This document shows, piece by piece, positions 59,280 through 64,000 of a stretch of 64,000 nt of DNA; the stretch's first letter is position 1, and every line of letters starts with the position of its first letter. The notes below the pieces were generated by a model. That model was given only the letters and a program-made list of their open reading frames with translations, had not been told where the DNA came from and did not search any database. Source of the stretch: Okamejei kenojei (Eukaryota). Where the stretch lies: positions 24,366,001 through 24,430,000 of the forward strand of contig CM069165.1 in NCBI GenBank assembly GCA_035221665.1, in the 5' to 3' direction. The position numbers and the translations under genes were made by a program.

Positions 59280-62200
59280 ATTTACGTATGACTCAAAATA
59301 TCATAATATTATTATCTCGGATCATGCTCCATTAACATTTAAGATAAAATTAAAAGACATAACTATTAAAACCTCTAACTGGAGACTCAACCCCCAAATA
59401 TTAAATTATAAGGCTTGTTATGATTACTTGGTAAAACAGATTAAATTATTTTTTGAAACAAATGCAAACCTGGAATTTCACCATCAGTGCTTTGGGATAC
59501 ATTTAAAGCATTTATGCGTGGTGCGATAATATCAGCACACGCATACTTTAATAAGGAAAATCGAAAGACTCAACAAAAGTTGGAAAATGAAATAAAACAA
59601 TTAGATTTTGAAAATGCAATATCCCCTTCAAAGGGGCTAAGTAATAAAATTGCATCATTAAAATATGCTAAATAAAATATATTCAAGTCAGATTATTAAA
59701 GTTTTTCAACAGACTAAACAAGTACACTTTGAATTTGGGGATAAACCACAAAAATTACTGGCACGCCAGCTTAGAAAATTAGATGAGGAGAAAATGATAC
59801 ATAAAATTAGATCTGAACAAGGAGAAATATTGACTTTACCAAAAGATATCAATGATACATTTTTACAATATTATCAAAATCTTTACTCATCTAAACTAGC
59901 AGGACAATCAGATGGAATGGAAACATTCCTACAAGAATGTCATATTAATAGTTTGGATCAGGAAGGTAGAGACTTGTTAAATGCTGATATATCAAGATAT
60001 TGAAGAATCAATTGGATAATTAAATAACGGAAAAGCCGCAGGCCCTGATGGCTTAAGTGTTGAATTTTATAAGAAGTTTTATGATCTGATCTCTCCACAT
60101 TTACATATAATATATAAATATGCTTATGAACAAGGAAAGTTACCAGAATCATTAAATTAATCTACAATTACACTTATCCCTAAAGCTGATAAAGATTTGG
60201 AAGACCCTGGGTCATACAGAGCAATAGCTCTTTTAAACACTGATCAAAAATACTAACTAAAATTTTATCTCGGGTGCTAAGTTTAGTGATTAATAACTTA
60301 ATACATCATGACCAAACAGGTTTTATCCCAAAACGCTATTCATCTTATAATGAGACGCCTATTCAATATCATATACTCAAAAAGAGTGAATGATATTGAA
60401 CTAGCTGTCATATCCTTAGATGCTGAAAAAGCATTTGACCAGGTTGAATGGCCATATTTATTTAAAATAATGCAGACATTTCAACTGGGGGATAGATTTT
60501 CCAAATGGGTAAAAATCATATACTCGAATCCAACTGCAAGATTATTAAGAAATCAAATGTTATCAGCAAAATGTAATCTCTTTAGGGGTTGTAGACAAGG
60601 ATGCCCATTATCACCATTACTATTTGCTCTGGTAATAGAACCATTAGCCGAAATGATTAGATCAGAACCAGAAATATATGGATATAATACCAAAACTACA
60701 ATGAATAAAATATCTCTATACGCAGATGACATCTTAATTTATATCACAAAACCGGAGATTAGTATTCCCAATCTACTTAATGTTATAACTATGTTTGGCA
60801 CATTTTCTGGGTATAGAATTAACTGGAATAAAAGTGAAATTATGGCTATAACTGGAATAAAATTAAATATATTAGAACAATTCCCACTTAAAATAGTCAC
60901 GGACAAATTTAACTATCTAGGAATTAATGTATCTAAATCCTATAACTGTCTATTTAAATATAATTACCCTCAATTGTTAAATAAACTAAAAAAATATATT
61001 TTATATTGGAAAACACTACCTATTTCAATGATCGGTATGATAAATGCTATAAAAATGATTTTTTGCCACAATTGTTATATTTATTTCAAGCCATCCATTT
61101 ATATCTCTCTAAAATGTTTTTAAAAAAATCCATACTTTGGTTAATAGTTTTATTTGGGACTATAAAAATCATCGAATAAGTAAAACACATCTATGTAAAT
61201 CTAAAATAAATGGTGGACTAGCACTACCAAATTTATTATATTATTTCTGGGCAGTTCAGATTAAGAATATGAATTTTTGGTTGGTAAATTTAGATTATGA
61301 GCCAAGCTGGCTAAAGATGGAAAAGGAAGACTGCCTTTTGATGTAGGTTCGATTCTTTTTGCACCAAGGGAAGTACAAAAAAAAACGCATGGTGATAACC
61401 CCATAATTCATAGCAATAGATGTATTTGGAAACAAATAGTTAAGACCCTACATATGGATAATTTGTCACTTTGTTTGCCAATTATGAATAATCCTTTGTT
61501 TAGGCCCTCTGTATTGGACAAGGGGTTTAGACACTGGAATGATTTAGGAATTAAAAGGATAGAACACCTTAACAAGAAAGGAAAATGTCTTTCATTTCAA
61601 GAGTTACAGGATATCTATGGATTGCAGTCAAATAACATATTTAGGTATTTACAAATTAGAAATTATATTAAGTCAAATACGCAAGACTATAAAAATGGAA
61701 AACCAGGATTATTAGATGAATTGTTTAATAAATACCCAAATACAGAAAAATTAATAGCGTATATATACAATACTATCTTGGATAGGGAAATCCCAACATC
61801 GGAAATATATCGACAAACATGGGAAAATTAAATCGGTTTATCTATAACGAAGGAAACTTGGGAAGAAAGCCTACAATGTATACAACGTTGCTCATTAAAT
61901 GCTAGACATATATTGATACAATTTAAGGTACACAGATTACATTATTCAAAAACGAAATTAAATAGAATTTATCCTAACATTTCTTCTATTTGTGATAAAT
62001 GTCAGAACTTGGAAGCTAATTTAACGCATAGTTTTGTAACATGTATAAAACTCAATTATTATTGGACAGAAATCTTTAGAGTTATCTCTGAAGTTCTTAA
62101 AATTAAACTGGACCCGGATCCAAAATTAATAATATTAGGAGTTCCGGATTCAAATCTAATATTAACAGTAAACCAAAGAAATGTCTTGGATTACTGTTTG

Positions 62201-62837
62201 ATAATAGGGAAAAAATTCATATTGAAATTTTGGAATTTCAATATTAATTTTGAAGGGAACATTATCCCCCACAATTAAAATGTGGACAGTGGAAATGTTG
62301 GAGACGTTGCATTTGGAAAGAATCAGATTTGTCCTAATGGACAAATACGAACTCTTTGAACAGATATGGTCTCCATATACAGAATATTTAAAGGGTAGCT
62401 GTTCTTGGCATCACAACTCAATGGGTACCCGGCAGGATTAGATGAAAATAATTCCTTTTTAAAAAATTTGTATACATGTCCCTATTGATATCGTTATTTG
62501 AAATTGTGTTATTCACTATAATCTTTATTTATATATATATATCACTTTGTTTTAATTAAATATATAAAAAAACTTTTTTTTTAATATTTTTTATTATTTT
62601 TTTTTTCCCTTTCTTTTCTCTTTCTCTCTCTATATAATCAAAATTATTATTTAATCACTATTCTTATTGATTAAAATCTATTCTTTTCTTTTTTCTAAAA
62701 AATAGAAGTTTATAAGAATTATTCGTAACATCCGTATACTTATTGAAATAAATTGGTTGTGTATTTGAAAAGTTGTTATACCGTTGTTATGATGGATTAC
62801 GTCTAATAAAAATATTATTAATAAATTTTAAAAAAAC
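59280..62837 (+). mobile_element. 5'-truncated L1-clade LINE (about 3.5 kb), AT-rich
   Basis: End of the APE domain (ISDHAPL, WRLN), WDTFKAFMRG, FEFGDKPQKLLARQ, GKAAGPDG, SYRAIALLNTD, SLDAEKAFDQVEW, GCRQGCPLSPLLF, LYADD, GGLALPN, C-terminal CDKC..H...C knuckle; T-rich 3' UTR, AATAAA and A-rich end. Confidence 0.95.
59310..62441 (+). pseudogene. L1 ORF2 (endonuclease/reverse transcriptase) pseudogene
   Basis: ORF fragments 59487-59675, 59665-60003, 60308-61123, 61137-61346, 61454-61831, 61913-62278 and 62250-62441 separated by frameshifts and stops. Confidence 0.92.
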
Positions 62838-62964
62838 ATAGTTTTTAATTAATATATATCCCTTAAAATAGGAAAAGTAATTCAATGGCGCCTTGAAGGA
62901 CGTTAAAGGGAGTAGTCAATAAAAAATATAATATCTAAATAGCAATAAATAGTATGGGAGGGGG

Positions 62965-63390
62965 AGATGTAAAAGGGAACTATAGCCAATTAGCGCTGAC
63001 AGTGCAAGGGAAAATGTCTGGAATCTATTATGAAGGAAGCATTAACAGGACATGGAAAATAATATTTGGTAAAATCAACAGGGCTCATGAAAAGGGATTC
63101 ATGTTTGACAAATCTGCTAGGATGTTTTGAGGTTGCAGCAAGTAGAACAGAGACGAGCAAACCAGTTAATGTGGTGTATCTGGATGTTCAGCAGACATTC
63201 AGTAAGAGACCACATGAAACAAACTTGAAGCTCACTGTACTGGGGGTAACTCACTGGAGACGATAGAGGATTGGTGAATGGGACAGAAAACTGTCGGATG
63301 GATCTTTCCGGACACAGATGCTGTAACTAGTGGGGCGCAGCAGATATCAATGCTGAGGCTCCAGCTGTTTATGATCTACATCAAAGGTTA
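62965..63390 (+). mobile_element. Degenerate CR1 RT-domain fragment
   Basis: GNYS/PIS-like start and GLMKRDSCLTNLLGCFE...VNVVYLDVQQTFSKRPH. Confidence 0.75.
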
Positions 63391-63659
63391 CAGTAACCAT
63401 ACATGTCAGAGGCAGGAATAGGCCACTCAACCGCTTATGCCTGCACTGAAATTTAATAAGGAAATGTGATCTGACTGTAACCTCAACTCTGCATTCCCAT
63501 CTACCCAAGGTAACCTTTCAACCTCTTGGATATTATGAATCATAAGATATTCAAAGACAGTCTCCCTGAAAGGGTGATACATGCTGTGGTGGCACTCATG
63601 ACGGCAGGTTGACAATGACTGAACTGATACTCCGAGTAGGGTGAGCTCCCACAATATGG

Positions 63660-63945
63660 TTTATTTCTAAAGATGGACAATAGACAAAACTGCAAAAAGT
63701 TGTGAAAGTTGTGCAAAAGTTGCCCAGTCCATCACGGATACTGACCTCCCCACCAGTGAAGGGATTTACAGGAGTTGCTGCCTGAAAAAGGCAATCAGCA
63801 TCATCAGAGACCCACACCACCTTGGCCATGCTCTCATTTCACCTCTGCCATTGGGAAGAGGTACAGGAGCCTGAAAACTGTAATGTTCAGATTCAGATTC
63901 TTCCCTCCAGCCATCAGGCTATTAAACACTGCAACCTCTGAACTA
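63660..63945 (+). mobile_element. Rex1-type LINE 3' fragment
   Basis: KLQKVVKV..AQSIT.TDLP..EGIYRSCCLKKA...KRYRSLKT..FFPPAIRLLN; same family as 7623-7943. Confidence 0.8.
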
Positions 63946-64000
63946 CATACTGTAGACTATTAATGCCATTATCATTGCTTGTTTGTTTTTTATGTGTATG

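Noticed and set aside
60308-61123. Functional reverse transcriptase gene or retron-like system
   Set aside because: Fragment of a frameshifted, 5'-truncated L1 ORF2.

Overview
This is vertebrate nuclear DNA, not prokaryotic. The repeat content (HE1-type V-SINEs, CR1 3' ends, Rex1/Babar, L2, L1, Tc1/mariner, Harbinger-type MITEs, Penelope-derived elements) points to a cartilaginous fish, probably a skate or ray (inference). The window looks intronic or intergenic. No intact protein-coding gene is visible; there is only a possible terminal exon near position 132. Nearly all listed ORFs are decayed transposon fragments or chance ORFs. There are two assembly gaps, at 42394-42608 and 42713-42937. 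The main finding is an RNA-level system. Three short (131-193 bp) minus-strand retroposons each have a target-site duplication (TSD) and a (GAA)n tail, and each begins exactly at nucleotide G1 of a predicted HDV-like self-cleaving ribozyme (10684-10830, 40787-40917, 50453-50645). The third has a core that appears nearly identical to the mammalian CPEB3 ribozyme as I recall its sequence. Separately, about 24 Penelope-derived short elements are present, many retaining a minimal hammerhead ribozyme core. The window also has several fold-back inverted duplications and nested insertions. Family names come from motif recognition, not database searches, and most repeat boundaries are approximate.
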